From Candidatus Moraniibacteriota bacterium (GTDB lineage Bacteria > Patescibacteriota > Minisyncoccia > Moranbacterales > UBA9337), in NCBI GenBank assembly GCA_026985555.1, contig JALSQF010000003.1, forward strand, positions 1-60,604: DNA of 60,604 bases, in the 5' to 3' direction. The position numbers and the translations under genes are program-made. Shown piece by piece: positions 37,805-48,197 of the stretch. A model generated the notes under the pieces. The model was given only the letters and a program-made list of their open reading frames with translations. It had not been told where the DNA came from and did no database searches. Every line of letters begins with the position of its first letter. Positions within the stretch are counted from its first letter, which is position 1.

Positions 37805-38512
37805 TTATTGGAGACTAGATACTCGCACGACATACTTGTGTAAATTCTTAATCTGTTTTTCGTTTAGTTGTTTAGCTTGACTAATTGCTTTTTTAATTAA
37901 ATCTTTAGAAAATTCCACGCTAGTTCCTACATGAATTCCTTTGTGAAAGCCAACATTTTTACGAAGGTAGTCTTCTATATAAATTTTTTGTTCGGCTTTT
38001 AACTCGGAATCAGGATTTTTTTCTAAATAATCTGCCAAAGCATGTCTAGCAAGATGAGTTAAACCTTCTCCTTTTTGAGCAGTTTCAATGAAAGAATTTT
38101 CTGTTTCTTGACTAACTTTTTTCGTTTCTGTTGCGCTTACTTTTTGAGTGTCATCTTTCTTTTTATTATTTTCAGCTGAATTTTCAGTTTTTTCTGTTTC
38201 TGCTTTTTCTTCAGCTTGTTTTTCTTCTTCTGTAAGATTATCTTTTTCAGCATTATTTTCTTTCTGATTTTGCAATTCTTCAGTTTCTATTTGAGAAGCA
38301 ATATCAGATGATGTATTGTCTTCTGGTGCTCTTTTAGAATAAGAATAAATTCCACCAGCAATAGCTATAACAACAATAACACTAAGAATAATACGCAAAT
38401 TATCTTGAATCCATTGTTTTAATCCATTGCTTGATTCTTCATTAAAACTGTCTTCATTATACTCTGCTTGAGTTTCTTCATCACTACTTTCATTAAATTT
38501 TTCTTCTTGCAT
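37805..38512 (-). CDS. Single-TM protein with a C-terminal LysM-like domain
   Basis: Acidic N-terminus, TM (IILSVIVVIAIAGGIYSY), charged linker, ETAQKGEGLTHLAR (LysM-like); strong SD AGGAAGGTGA before the ATG at 38512. Confidence 0.65.
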   Translation of the reverse strand: MQEEKFNESSDEETQAEYNEDSFNEESSNGLKQWIQDNLRIILSVIVVIAIAGGIYSYSKRAPEDNTSSDIASQIETEELQNQKENNAEKDNLTEEEKQAEEKAETEKTENSAENNKKKDDTQKVSATETKKVSQETENSFIETAQKGEGLTHLARHALADYLEKNPDSELKAEQKIYIEDYLRKNVGFHKGIHVGTSVEFSKDLIKKAISQAKQLNEKQIKNLHKYVVRVSSLQ

Positions 38513-38658
38513 AATTTCACCTTCCTTTCTAGTTAAATTATTAAAGTACAGCTTACGTTGAAGCCAATCCACTTAAAGTGGATTATTCTTTGTCTTTTCA
38601 TTTTAATAAAAGATTTATCTCTGTCAACTAGACAAAAACAAAAATTATGGTTTAGTAT

Positions 38659-39540
38659 TTACAATTTGATTTTTACTAAGCGTGTTTTATGTTGAAGATC
38701 TTGATAAAAATTTAATTTATTTTTAGGAAAATAAAAGTTAATAATTTTTTCAAGAATTGTTTTCTGTTCTGGAGAGAATTCTAAAATAATAACAAAAGAA
38801 GCAGAACTTTGTTTTGTTTGAATAAATTTGATTTGTTGAAATAATTTTTCATAATGAAATAATCCATTTTTACCGCTAACTAAGGCTAACCGAGGCTCAT
38901 ATTTTTTAATAGTTTCATCAGTATTTAAATAGTTTTTTTGAGATAGATAAGGAAGGTTTGCTAAAACAAATATATTATTTTCTTTATTATAAAGAAATTT
39001 TTTTGTAATTATTTTTTTTAATAAATCGCTTTTTAAGAAAACTATTTCTTTTTTAACTTGATGATAAAGAGCGTTTTCTTTAGCAATCGTAAGAGCTTGA
39101 GATGAAATGTCTAAAGCATAAAAATAACAATGTTTTTTTGTATAATTATTAATATTTTTAGCTAAAGAAATTATAATATTTCCTGATCCAGTTCCCGTGT
39201 CTATAATATAAACATTTTTTTTAGAATGTGTTTTTTTAATATCTTTTAAAGCTATGTCTACAAGCAATTCTGTTTCTGGACGAGGGATAAGAGTGTTTTG
39301 ATTAACTTTAAATTTTAAACTGTAGAACTCTTTGTATCCGATAATATAAGCTAAGGGTTCTTTCTGTATTCTTCTAGAAATATTTTCTTTTATTTTTTTT
39401 TCTTCTTTAGGATTTAGTTTGTAAAGAGGATAAGTTAATACAAATTCTCTGGTCTTATTAATGGAATAACTAATTATTATTTCTAAATCTAAATAATCTA
39501 AAAGAGAGCGATATTTTTTAATAATATCTTGAATATACAC
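38659..39540 (-). CDS. prmC: Release factor glutamine methyltransferase
   Basis: EPLAYIIGYKEFY, LIPRPETE, DTGTGSGNI, ANLPY (NPPY variant), YEP..AL..G..G; downstream of prfA. Confidence 0.93.
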   Translation of the reverse strand: MYIQDIIKKYRSLLDYLDLEIIISYSINKTREFVLTYPLYKLNPKEEKKIKENISRRIQKEPLAYIIGYKEFYSLKFKVNQNTLIPRPETELLVDIALKDIKKTHSKKNVYIIDTGTGSGNIIISLAKNINNYTKKHCYFYALDISSQALTIAKENALYHQVKKEIVFLKSDLLKKIITKKFLYNKENNIFVLANLPYLSQKNYLNTDETIKKYEPRLALVSGKNGLFHYEKLFQQIKFIQTKQSSASFVIILEFSPEQKTILEKIINFYFPKNKLNFYQDLQHKTRLVKIKL

Positions 39541-39561
39541 AATTTTAAACTTTATTTAATT

Positions 39562-40647
39562 TTAAGATTTTTGAAGCTGTCTTTTAATATCCTCTTCTTG
39601 AATGGCAGTGATTATTTTATTTAAATTTCCATCTAGAATATTTTCTAAATTACTCCAAGACTGTTTAATACGATGGTCAGTTATTCTATCTTGAGGAAAA
39701 TTATAGGTGCGTATTTTTTCGCTTCTATCTCCGGTTCCAATTTGATTTCGTCTTTTTTGTCCCATTTTTTTCTTTTCTTCTTCTGTCTTTTTTTGAAGTA
39801 AACGTGAGCGTAGTACTTTCATTGCTTTATTTTTGTTTTTGTGTTGTGACTTTTCGTCTTGACAGGAAACGACTAAGCCAGTAGGTAAGTGAGTGATTCT
39901 AACAGCACTATTAGTGGTATTCACTGATTGTCCACCTGGTCCAGATGAAGCAAAAGTATCAATGCGTAACTCTTTAGGGTCAATTTTAAGATCTATTTCT
40001 TCAGCTTCGGGTAAGATAGCTACAGTAGCAGTGGAGGTATGAATGCGACCAGATTTTTCTGTTTCTGGAATACGTTGAACTCTGTGAACTCCTGATTCAT
40101 ATTTCATTTTAGCATAAACAGGATTATTTAAATTAGAAGAAACTATTTCAAAAATAACTTCTTTGAATCCTCCTATTCCAGTTCTATGAGAGTTAATCAA
40201 TATAACTTTCCAATTATTTTTTTCTGCAAAACGAGAATACATTCTAAAAAGATCTGCTGCAAACAAAGCTGATTCATCTCCTCCTGCGCCTGCTCTAATT
40301 TCTACTACCACATTCTTTTTATCTAAAGGAGAAGATGGTAATAACATTTTTTCTAATTTTTTTTCTATTTCTTTTTTTTGAGTAGATAATTGAGTATTTT
40401 CTTCTAAAGCTAATTCTTGAAGTTCAGGATCATTTTTGGAATTAATAATTTCGGCATTATCTTTCATGGTTTGCTGTATTTTGTCTAATTCTAATATAAC
40501 ATCCATAATTTCTTTTAATTCACTTTGTCGTTTGGATAAACTAGTTAAAAGAGAAGTATCAGAAATTATATCAGTAGAATTTAATTTTTTTTGAATACTT
40601 TCATATTCACTTTTAATGGCATTTATTTTTTCTTGAAAATTAGTCAT
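39562..40647 (-). CDS. prfA: Peptide chain release factor 1
   Basis: [28 protein letters not shown] (PxT), [21 protein letters not shown]. Confidence 0.98.
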   Translation of the reverse strand: MTNFQEKINAIKSEYESIQKKLNSTDIISDTSLLTSLSKRQSELKEIMDVILELDKIQQTMKDNAEIINSKNDPELQELALEENTQLSTQKKEIEKKLEKMLLPSSPLDKKNVVVEIRAGAGGDESALFAADLFRMYSRFAEKNNWKVILINSHRTGIGGFKEVIFEIVSSNLNNPVYAKMKYESGVHRVQRIPETEKSGRIHTSTATVAILPEAEEIDLKIDPKELRIDTFASSGPGGQSVNTTNSAVRITHLPTGLVVSCQDEKSQHKNKNKAMKVLRSRLLQKKTEEEKKKMGQKRRNQIGTGDRSEKIRTYNFPQDRITDHRIKQSWSNLENILDGNLNKIITAIQEEDIKRQLQKS

Positions 40648-40678
40648 AAGTTATTAATGATTAAAAGAAAATTACAAA

Positions 40679-42166
40679 TTAAATATTTTCTTGAGACTCT
40701 CGTAAAGCTCTGCGAATATGAGAACGAGCGGCAGATGTTTTTATAAAATAAAGCCAGTTGCGATTAGGTAATTTTTTCTTTTTGGTAGTTAATATTTCTA
40801 CTATTTCTCCATTTTTTATTTTATAATCTAAGGGAACCATTTTACCGTTAACTTTTGCTCCAGTGGTGCGATGACCTATTTCTGTATGAATAGCATAAGC
40901 AAAATCAATAGGAGTAGCGTCTTCAGGAAGATCAATAATGTCTCCCAGGGGAGTTAAAGCAAAAATTCTGTTTTTAAAAAAATCAATTTTTAATCCTTCT
41001 ATAAATTCTTTGTCATCTCTTCCTATTTCTTTTTGCCAATCTCGTAGTTGCTTAACCCACTGAATTTCTTTTTCAGGAACCTTTCCCTTATGTTTGCGGT
41101 TAAAAACATTTTTCCAAAGGCTCTGTTCTTTTTCACTATAAATCCAATGTGCAGCAATACCGAATTCTGCTTCTTGGTGCATTTTAGGTGTGCGAATTTG
41201 TACTTCTAAAATTTTTCCTTCAGGACCGAATATTGTAGTATGAATAGATTGATAGCCATTAGGTTTAGGAAGAGAAATATAATCTTTAATTCTTCCTATC
41301 ATAGGACGATATTTTTCATGAACTATTCCTAATGTTTCATAGCAATCTACAACTTCAGGAACAATTATGCGAATAGCTACTAAATCAAAGATTCTATTAA
41401 TATTCATATCATGGCGTTGTAGTTTTAAAAAGAGACTATAAGTTCTTTTAGTGCGACCATATATTTCAATTGTATTGATCCCGTGTTTTTTTAATTCTTT
41501 TTTTAATTCCTTAATTCCTTTTTTAAGGTAAGTTTCCGCTTGTTTATAATATTGGTTTCTTAAATTTTCTGTTTTTTGATAATTTTGAGGATCTAAATAT
41601 TGAAAACTTAAGTCAGCTAATTCTCCCTTAATCTCTCCTATTCCTAAGCGATTAGCCAAAGGAACATATATTTCCATTGTTTCCTTAGCAATTCTCTGTT
41701 GTTTTTCTGGTGGATTATATTGAAGAGTTCTCATATTATGAAGACGATCAGCCAATTTAATAATAACTACTCTAATATCAGCGGCCATAGCTAAAAACAT
41801 TTTTCTTAGATTTTCAAGAAAATATTCTTCCTTATTACCACGTAGTTTAATTTTTCCCAATTTAGTAATGCCTTCAACAATTTGAGCAATTTCTTTTCCA
41901 AAATTTTCTTCTAACTCTATAAGAGTTACAGAGGTGTCTTCTGGAACGTCGTGTAATAATCCTGCAGCAACAGTTTTAGAACCCATTCCTATTTCTGCTA
42001 ATATTTTAGCTGTAGCTATGGAATGTTGAAAATAATCTTCCCCGGAACGTCTTTTTTGTCCCCTGTGAGCATTTTCTGCGAAAGAATAAGCTTTAGCAAT
42101 CAGATCTTTTCTTCTAGGTGTTAACGGAAGACGAAAAGAATGATAAATATCATTTAAAGTTAGCAT
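40679..42166 (-). CDS. rel: Short bifunctional (p)ppGpp synthetase/hydrolase (HD-SYNTH-TGS, no ZFD or ACT)
   Basis: HDVPEDT, KLADRLHNMRTL, GRTK..YS..K, DLVAIRI, PKPNGYQSIHT, EVQIRT, TGS (TPIDFAYAIHT). Confidence 0.93.
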   Translation of the reverse strand: MLTLNDIYHSFRLPLTPRRKDLIAKAYSFAENAHRGQKRRSGEDYFQHSIATAKILAEIGMGSKTVAAGLLHDVPEDTSVTLIELEENFGKEIAQIVEGITKLGKIKLRGNKEEYFLENLRKMFLAMAADIRVVIIKLADRLHNMRTLQYNPPEKQQRIAKETMEIYVPLANRLGIGEIKGELADLSFQYLDPQNYQKTENLRNQYYKQAETYLKKGIKELKKELKKHGINTIEIYGRTKRTYSLFLKLQRHDMNINRIFDLVAIRIIVPEVVDCYETLGIVHEKYRPMIGRIKDYISLPKPNGYQSIHTTIFGPEGKILEVQIRTPKMHQEAEFGIAAHWIYSEKEQSLWKNVFNRKHKGKVPEKEIQWVKQLRDWQKEIGRDDKEFIEGLKIDFFKNRIFALTPLGDIIDLPEDATPIDFAYAIHTEIGHRTTGAKVNGKMVPLDYKIKNGEIVEILTTKKKKLPNRNWLYFIKTSAARSHIRRALRESQENI

Positions 42167-42306
42167 AAGAATATTGTATTAGGTTGATTTTTATTATAGT
42201 TTGAAAATAATAAACAAGCAAGTTTATTTCTTATTATTATTTTCTTTTTTATGTTATTATGAAAATGTTATATTATATTAAATAATAAATAATAATTTTT
42301 TTGATT

Positions 42307-43761
42307 ATGTTATCAATTTATAATACTTTTTCTAAAAAAAAGGAAGTTTTTAAATCTATTCATAAAGGTAAAGTTGGAATTTATACTTGTGGTCCAACGG
42401 TTTATGATTATATTCATATTGGCAATTTACGATCCTATTTAACTGCTGATATCCTTCGTCGTTATTTAGAATATTTAGGTTATGAAGTTAAACATATTAA
42501 AAACATTACAGATGTAGGTCACTTAACGGATGATGATATCGCTCAAGGAGATAGTGGAGAGGATAAGCTTATTAAAAAATCGCAAGAAATTAAAAAAACT
42601 CCTCAAGAAATTGCCAAATTTTATGAAGACTATTTTCACAAAACAGAAAAAGAGCTCAATATTTTACCGGCGCACTATTTTCCTAAAGCTACTTTACATA
42701 TCAAAGAGATGATTGATTTAATAAAAATATTATTGGACAAAGGTTTAGCTTATGAAGTAAAGGGAAATGTTTTTTACGATGTCACTAAATTTGAAAATTA
42801 TGGAAAACTATCAGGAAATACCTTAGAAAAATTAAAAATAGGCGCGCGACTAGAAGAACATCCGGACAAAAAACATCCCTGGGATTTTGCTCTTTGGTTA
42901 AAAGCCCCTCAAAATCACTTAATGAAATGGAATTCTCCTTGGAGTGTAGGCTATCCTGGTTGGCACATTGAATGTTCTGCAATGAGTACAGAATATTTAG
43001 GAACTACTTTTGATATTCATACAGGAGGAGAAGATAATATTTTTCCGCATCATGAAGCTGAAATTGCTCAGGCAGAAGGAGCGTCAGAAAAAAAATTTGT
43101 TAATTATTGGGTGCATACTAGACATTTGTTGGTAGATGGGGAAAAAATGAGTAAGTCCCAAGGAAATTTTTATCGTTTAGAGGACTTAAAAAAACAAGGA
43201 TATACAGCTATGAATTTTCGTTTATTAATTTTGTCATCACATTATCGTTCTCCTTTAAATTTTACCTGGAAAGGGATGAAACAAGCGCAGAAAAATTTAG
43301 ATAAAATAATTAAATTTATTCAAGCTATAGAAAAAATAGAGAATCCAGAGAAAAATGGAAATGAAAAATTAGTAGATGATATTAATGCTAATTTTCAAAA
43401 CAATTTTGAAAAGGCGCTTAATGATGATTTAAATACGCCTTTAGCGTTAAGCATTTTATATGAATGGATAAGTAATTTAAATAAGTTATTAACTGCAAAT
43501 AAAATAAATAAGTCACAAGCTAAAAAAATAAAAATACTTTGGGAAAAAGTAAATCGTGTATTAGGATTAAAATTATCTAGTAAGAAATATAAAAAAGAAA
43601 AAATACCTGCAAAAATTTTACAACTAGCTCAAAAAAGGGAAGAGGCGCGTAAAAATAAAAACTTTCAATTAGCAGACAAAATAAGAGAAAAAATTAATCA
43701 AGCAGGTTACATTATTGAAGATTTAGATCAAAAGTTTGTTCTTAAAAAGAAAAATGACTAG
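42307..43761 (+). CDS. cysS: Cysteine--tRNA ligase
   Basis: YTCGPTVY..HIGN, NITDVGH, DFALW, GYPGWHIECSAM, GGEDNIFPHHE, KMSKS. Confidence 0.97.
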   Translation: MLSIYNTFSKKKEVFKSIHKGKVGIYTCGPTVYDYIHIGNLRSYLTADILRRYLEYLGYEVKHIKNITDVGHLTDDDIAQGDSGEDKLIKKSQEIKKTPQEIAKFYEDYFHKTEKELNILPAHYFPKATLHIKEMIDLIKILLDKGLAYEVKGNVFYDVTKFENYGKLSGNTLEKLKIGARLEEHPDKKHPWDFALWLKAPQNHLMKWNSPWSVGYPGWHIECSAMSTEYLGTTFDIHTGGEDNIFPHHEAEIAQAEGASEKKFVNYWVHTRHLLVDGEKMSKSQGNFYRLEDLKKQGYTAMNFRLLILSSHYRSPLNFTWKGMKQAQKNLDKIIKFIQAIEKIENPEKNGNEKLVDDINANFQNNFEKALNDDLNTPLALSILYEWISNLNKLLTANKINKSQAKKIKILWEKVNRVLGLKLSSKKYKKEKIPAKILQLAQKREEARKNKNFQLADKIREKINQAGYIIEDLDQKFVLKKKND

Positions 43762-43799
43762 TTTGTTCTTGAGTAAATTTAGAGTGCAAAAAATATATT

Positions 43800-43826
43800 T
43801 TAGCACTCTTGCTTGACGAGTGCTAA
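43800..43826. promoter_or_regulatory. CIRCE operator (HrcA binding site) upstream of clpB
   Basis: Exact TTAGCACTC-N9-GAGTGCTAA; the inverted repeat extends to 19 bp (43790-43836). Confidence 0.95.
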
Positions 43827-43841
43827 AATATATTTTATACT
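43813..43841 (+). promoter_or_regulatory. Sigma70 promoter of clpB, overlapping CIRCE
   Basis: TTGACG (43813-18), 17 nt, TATACT (43836-41). Confidence 0.8.
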
Positions 43842-43896
43842 AAAAATAGAAATAGTTAGTATATTATTTTAATTAATACACTTTAAAAATAAAAAT

Positions 43897-46524
43897 ATGA
43901 ATATTGAAAAATTTACTCAAAAAAGTCAGGAAGCTTTGCGTCAGGCGCAAGAATTAGCTTTATCACGTAATCAACAGCAGGTGGATGTTTTTCACTTATT
44001 GCTGGTTTTAGTTTCCCAACAAGATTCATTAGTGCCTCGTTTGTTAGAAAAAGCAGAAATTAATGTTGCTCAATTAGAAAATGACATTAACCAAGAGATA
44101 GATAAATATCCTAGAGTAAGTGTAGCAGGTTCTTCTACTCAAGTTTATGTAACTCAGGCTTTAAATCAGGTTTTAGAAAGCGCGCAACAGGAAGCGCAAA
44201 AATTAGGAGATGATTTTATTTCCACAGAACATTTATTATTAGGATTTTTGTCTGCCAATACTCCAGCTAAAAAAATGTTAGAATTGGCAGGGCTAGATTA
44301 CAATAAAGTTTTAAAAATTTTGGCAGAATTAAGAGGCAGTCAAAGAGCGGATAGTCCTAATCCGGAAGGTAAGTATCAGGCATTGGAAAAATATACAATT
44401 AATTTAACTAAGTTAGCACGTGAAGATAAATTAGATCCAGTTATTGGAAGAGATAAAGAAATTAGAAGGGTAATGCAAATACTTAGTCGTAGAACAAAAA
44501 ATAATCCTGTGTTAGTAGGTGAAGCAGGAACGGGAAAAACTGCTATTGTAGAAGGATTAGCACAAAGAATAGCAGCGGGAGATGTTCCAGAAAATTTAAA
44601 AGATAAAGAAATATTAAGCTTAGATCTTGGCGCATTAGTAGCAGGTGCTAAGTTTAGAGGAGAATTTGAAGAACGTCTAAAAGCTATTTTAAAAGAAATT
44701 GAAAATTCTGCAGGAAAATATATTATGTTTATAGATGAATTACATACACTGGTAGGTGCTGGAGCAACGGAAGGAAGTATGGATGCTTCTAATATGTTAA
44801 AGCCAGCTTTAGCGCGAGGAAAATTGCGTACCATAGGAGCAACAACTTTAAAAGAATATCAGAAATATATTGAAAAAGACGCGGCTTTAGAAAGACGTTT
44901 CCAGCCCGTAATAGTTAATGAGCCCAACGAAGAAGATGCCATTGCTATTTTGAGAGGAATCAAAAAGAAATATGAACTTTATCATGGTGTGAGAATCACT
45001 GATGATGCTATTGAGGCAGCGGTAAAACTTTCACAACGTTATATTAGTGATCGTTTTTTGCCGGACAAAGCAGTAGATTTGATTGATGAAGCAGCTTCTA
45101 TGTTAAAAATAAATATAGATTCTATGCCAGAAGAAATTGATAAATTAGAAAGAGAAATACGTCGCTTAGAAATTGAAAAGAAAGCTTTAAAAAGAGATCA
45201 CGGAGAAAAAGAAAAAAATAAAGAAAAAATACAAAAAATAGAAAAAAAGTTAGCTAATTTAAAAGAAGAGGCTAAAAAATTAACCTTACAATGGAAAACA
45301 GAAAAAGGATATATAGAAAAAATAAAAAGCTATAAAGAAGAGATTGATAAATTAAAATCAGAGGCAGAAATTTTAGAAAGAAAAGGGGAATTAGACAAAG
45401 TAGCTGAAATTCGTTATGGACGCATACCTGAAATAGAAAAAAGAATGAAAGAAGAACAAAAAAAATTAGAAAAGGTTCAAGCAAAAGGAGCTTTACTTAA
45501 AGAGGAGGTTACAGCTGAAGATGTTGCCAGAGTTGTTTCTCGTTGGACAGGTATTCCCGTTGAAAGGATGATTGAAGGGGAAATGCAAAAATTAGCTAGA
45601 ATGGAAAAAGAACTTAAGAAAAGAGTGGTAGGACAAGACGAAGCCATTAAAGCGGTTTCTAATGCTATTCGTCGTAATAGAGCTGGAATAGCAGAAGAAA
45701 ATCGTCCCATTGGTTCTTTTATGTTTTTAGGTCCTACTGGAGTAGGAAAAACAGAGCTAGCTAAAGCTTTAACAGAATTTCTTTTTGATAATGAAAAAGC
45801 ACTTATTCGTTTAGATATGAGTGAGTACATGGAAGCGCATTCTACAGCTAAATTAATTGGATCGCCTCCTGGTTATGTGGGATATGAAGAAGGCGGACAA
45901 TTAACTGAAATTATTCGTCGTCGTCCCTATAGTGTTATTTTATTTGACGAAATAGAGAAAGCTCATCCTCAAGTATTTAATATTTTATTGCAGATATTAG
46001 ATGATGGTCGTTTAACTGATGCAAAAGGAAGAACCGTAAATTTTAAAAATACAGTTATAATTATGACGTCTAACGTAGGATCGGATATTATTTATAAAAT
46101 GCAAGAAGTCGGATTTAAGGGAGAGAAAAACAAAGAAACATTATCTGAAGAAGAAATGAGAAACAAAGTAATGGAGGCTTTAAGAGAAAAGTTTAAACCC
46201 GAATTCCTTAATCGTTTAGATGAAATAGTTATTTTTCATCCGATTAGTAAAATAATGTTAGAAAAGATTATAGATTTACAAATAGAAAGAGTAAAGGAAC
46301 GTTTAGATAAGAAAAACATTAAACTAGAAATTACAACAGCTATGAAAAAGTATTTAGCGCAGAAAGGATATGATCCTGTTTATGGCGCGCGTCCTCTCAA
46401 ACGAGTAATACAAAATGAAATTTTAGATGAGTTAGCTTTACAAATTATTGAAGGAAAAATTAAAGAAAACAGTAAAGTTATCGTTGATGTTAAAAAAGAT
46501 AAAATTAAAATTAAAGTTCAATAA
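43897..46524 (+). CDS. clpB: ATP-dependent chaperone ClpB
   Basis: Clp N-domain, two AAA+ modules ([16 protein letters not shown]), coiled-coil M domain, [17 protein letters not shown]. Confidence 0.97.
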   Translation: MNIEKFTQKSQEALRQAQELALSRNQQQVDVFHLLLVLVSQQDSLVPRLLEKAEINVAQLENDINQEIDKYPRVSVAGSSTQVYVTQALNQVLESAQQEAQKLGDDFISTEHLLLGFLSANTPAKKMLELAGLDYNKVLKILAELRGSQRADSPNPEGKYQALEKYTINLTKLAREDKLDPVIGRDKEIRRVMQILSRRTKNNPVLVGEAGTGKTAIVEGLAQRIAAGDVPENLKDKEILSLDLGALVAGAKFRGEFEERLKAILKEIENSAGKYIMFIDELHTLVGAGATEGSMDASNMLKPALARGKLRTIGATTLKEYQKYIEKDAALERRFQPVIVNEPNEEDAIAILRGIKKKYELYHGVRITDDAIEAAVKLSQRYISDRFLPDKAVDLIDEAASMLKINIDSMPEEIDKLEREIRRLEIEKKALKRDHGEKEKNKEKIQKIEKKLANLKEEAKKLTLQWKTEKGYIEKIKSYKEEIDKLKSEAEILERKGELDKVAEIRYGRIPEIEKRMKEEQKKLEKVQAKGALLKEEVTAEDVARVVSRWTGIPVERMIEGEMQKLARMEKELKKRVVGQDEAIKAVSNAIRRNRAGIAEENRPIGSFMFLGPTGVGKTELAKALTEFLFDNEKALIRLDMSEYMEAHSTAKLIGSPPGYVGYEEGGQLTEIIRRRPYSVILFDEIEKAHPQVFNILLQILDDGRLTDAKGRTVNFKNTVIIMTSNVGSDIIYKMQEVGFKGEKNKETLSEEEMRNKVMEALREKFKPEFLNRLDEIVIFHPISKIMLEKIIDLQIERVKERLDKKNIKLEITTAMKKYLAQKGYDPVYGARPLKRVIQNEILDELALQIIEGKIKENSKVIVDVKKDKIKIKVQ

Positions 46525-46544
46525 TATTTAAAATTAACTTTTGT

Positions 46545-46584
46545 TATTCAAAAAACAATCTTTAAGGAGATTGTTTTTTGAATA
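46545..46584 (+). terminator. Intrinsic terminator after clpB
   Basis: tattcaaaaaacaatct-ttaagg-agattgttttttgaata, 17-bp stem. Confidence 0.8.
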
Positions 46585-46743
46585 TATTTTTTTAAAAACA
46601 TAAAAATAATTTAAATGTTTTATATAAATAGAATAGTATGTTAAGTTATTTTATACTATATATGTTATAATATATATAGTATAAAACAAAGGAATTAATA
46701 TTAATAAAAGTTGATTTATCTTTTAGAATTTATTTACAAAAAT

Positions 46744-47307
46744 ATGAAAATTATTCAGACTAAAATAAATGGTTTATTGATTATTGAACCGCAAGTTTTT
46801 CAAGATAAGAGAGGATTTTTTGTAGAAACTTATAACAAAGACAAATATTTTAAAAATAATATTAAAGTTGAATTTGTTCAAGATAATTTATCTCAATCTG
46901 ACAAGGGTGTTTTAAGGGGTTTACATTATCAAAAACAACCTTACAGCCAGGGAAAATTAGTGCAAGTTATAAAGGGTAGTGTTTTGGATGTGGCGGTAGA
47001 TATTCGTCCTGACTCAGAAACCTTTGGCCAATGGGAAAGTTTGCTTTTGACAGCAGAAGAGAAAAATCAATTTTGGATTCCAGAAGGATTTTTACATGGT
47101 TTTCTTGCTTTAAAAGACGAAACTATTTTTAGTTATAAATGCACTAATTTATATCAGCCAGAAGCAGAAATCAGTGTTAAATGGGATGATGCTGATTTAA
47201 ATATTGATTGGCAATTAGAAAAATATGGAATTGTTCAACCTATTATTTCTACCAAAGATCAACAGGGGGTTAAATTTGCAGAACTAAAAAAATTATTAAA
47301 AAAATAA
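46744..47307 (+). CDS. rfbC: dTDP-4-dehydrorhamnose 3,5-epimerase
   Basis: DKRGFF.E, FVQDN.S.S..GVLRGLHYQ, AVDIRP.S.TFGQW, WIPEGFLHGF, YKC. Confidence 0.96.
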   Translation: MKIIQTKINGLLIIEPQVFQDKRGFFVETYNKDKYFKNNIKVEFVQDNLSQSDKGVLRGLHYQKQPYSQGKLVQVIKGSVLDVAVDIRPDSETFGQWESLLLTAEEKNQFWIPEGFLHGFLALKDETIFSYKCTNLYQPEAEISVKWDDADLNIDWQLEKYGIVQPIISTKDQQGVKFAELKKLLKK

Positions 47308-47313
47308 TTTTTT

Positions 47314-47799
47314 ATGAATACTATTGTTTTAATAATTATAGTAACAATATTATTTTTAATAGGTTTAACGGGAATTATTTTGCCAATTATCCCAAGCCTT
47401 CCAGTTATTTGGTTAGGAATTTTTGTATATGCTTGGGCAACTAATTGGCAAGAAATTAGTTTAGGGATTTTAATTTTTACAGGAGTAATTGCTTTAGTTG
47501 GTATAATCATTGATTTTATGACAGGAATTCTGGGGGCGAAGTTGTTGGGAGCAAGTTGGTTTGGAGTCTTGGGAGCTTTAGTAGGGAGCGTAGTGGGGTT
47601 TATTATTTTAAATATTTTTGGTTTATTGATTGGTTCTTTTGTGGGAGCATTTTTGGGAGAATATTTAAAATATCAAAAGACTCATCAAGCGATGAGAGCT
47701 GGTATGGGAACAATTTTAGGAACAATTTTAGGGGCAGTGGTCAAAATTATTTTGGCCTTTGTAATGTTGGGTGTGTTTTTGTGGATAATATTTAAATAA
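47314..47799 (+). CDS. DUF456 (YqgC-like) membrane protein
   Basis: GLTGIILPIIP, Gly-rich helices G.LVG.VVG, FVGAFLGEY, A..AG.G..LG. Confidence 0.82.
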   Translation: MNTIVLIIIVTILFLIGLTGIILPIIPSLPVIWLGIFVYAWATNWQEISLGILIFTGVIALVGIIIDFMTGILGAKLLGASWFGVLGALVGSVVGFIILNIFGLLIGSFVGAFLGEYLKYQKTHQAMRAGMGTILGTILGAVVKIILAFVMLGVFLWIIFK

Positions 47800-47821
47800 A
47801 AAATAAATTTATTATTTTTTT

Positions 47822-47892
47822 CGGGGTGTAGTATAATGGTAGTACGCACGCATGGGGTGCGTGTAGCCCGAGTTCAATTCTCGGCATCCCGA
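47822..47892 (+). tRNA. tRNA-Pro(GGG)
   Basis: Acceptor stem CGGGGTG/CATCCCG with C1-G72 and A73; anticodon arm CACGC-ATGGGGT-GCGTG; T-loop TTCAATT; followed by CTA, so CCA is not encoded. Confidence 0.95.
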
Positions 47893-47952
47893 CTAAATGT
47901 AACTTTACGAGCCTTACTTTTCGTCTCAAAGCTCGTAAAGTTGCATTTGGTC
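47891..47952 (+). repeat. 22-bp stem-loop overlapping the tRNA 3' end
   Basis: gactaaatgtaactttacgagc ... gctcgtaaagttgcatttggtc; the only two non-Watson-Crick pairs are both T-G. Confidence 0.8.
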
Positions 47953-48058
47953 ACAATTACTGAACGCCGCTCGAACTTTCTTTGAACGGCAATCTGTTGC
48001 GCCCTAACGGGCGCAGAATGCGCTTAGAGTCTATGTCTAGCCGATCAAACGACTGAGT

Positions 48059-48143
48059 AAAACAGAAAAATTTTCTCTACATTTCTTAATTTTTTCGCGC
48101 GCTTTTTTTTTCTTTTAAAAGGAAAAGAAAATTTTTCTGTTTT
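48059..48143. repeat. Perfect 18-bp inverted repeat with 49-nt spacer
   Basis: aaaacagaaaaattttct (48059-76) and agaaaatttttctgtttt (48126-43). Confidence 0.75.
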
Positions 48144-48167
48144 GATATTCTGCTAGCCACATTTTAT

Positions 48168-48196
48168 TTGACTAAATCGCAAATAATTCATATAAT
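48168..48196 (+). promoter_or_regulatory. Sigma70 promoter of the island operon
   Basis: TTGACT, 17 nt, TATAAT. Confidence 0.75.
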
Positions 48197-48197
48197 A

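Noticed and set aside
38659-39540. PrmC as part of a Trm112-type methyltransferase network with the Trm9-like gene
   Set aside because: It is an ordinary bacterial PrmC next to prfA, and no Trm112-like ORF is visible in the window.
43764-43790. Second complete CIRCE upstream of the first
   Set aside because: Only the right half-site (GAGTGCAAA) is present; the left arm does not match.
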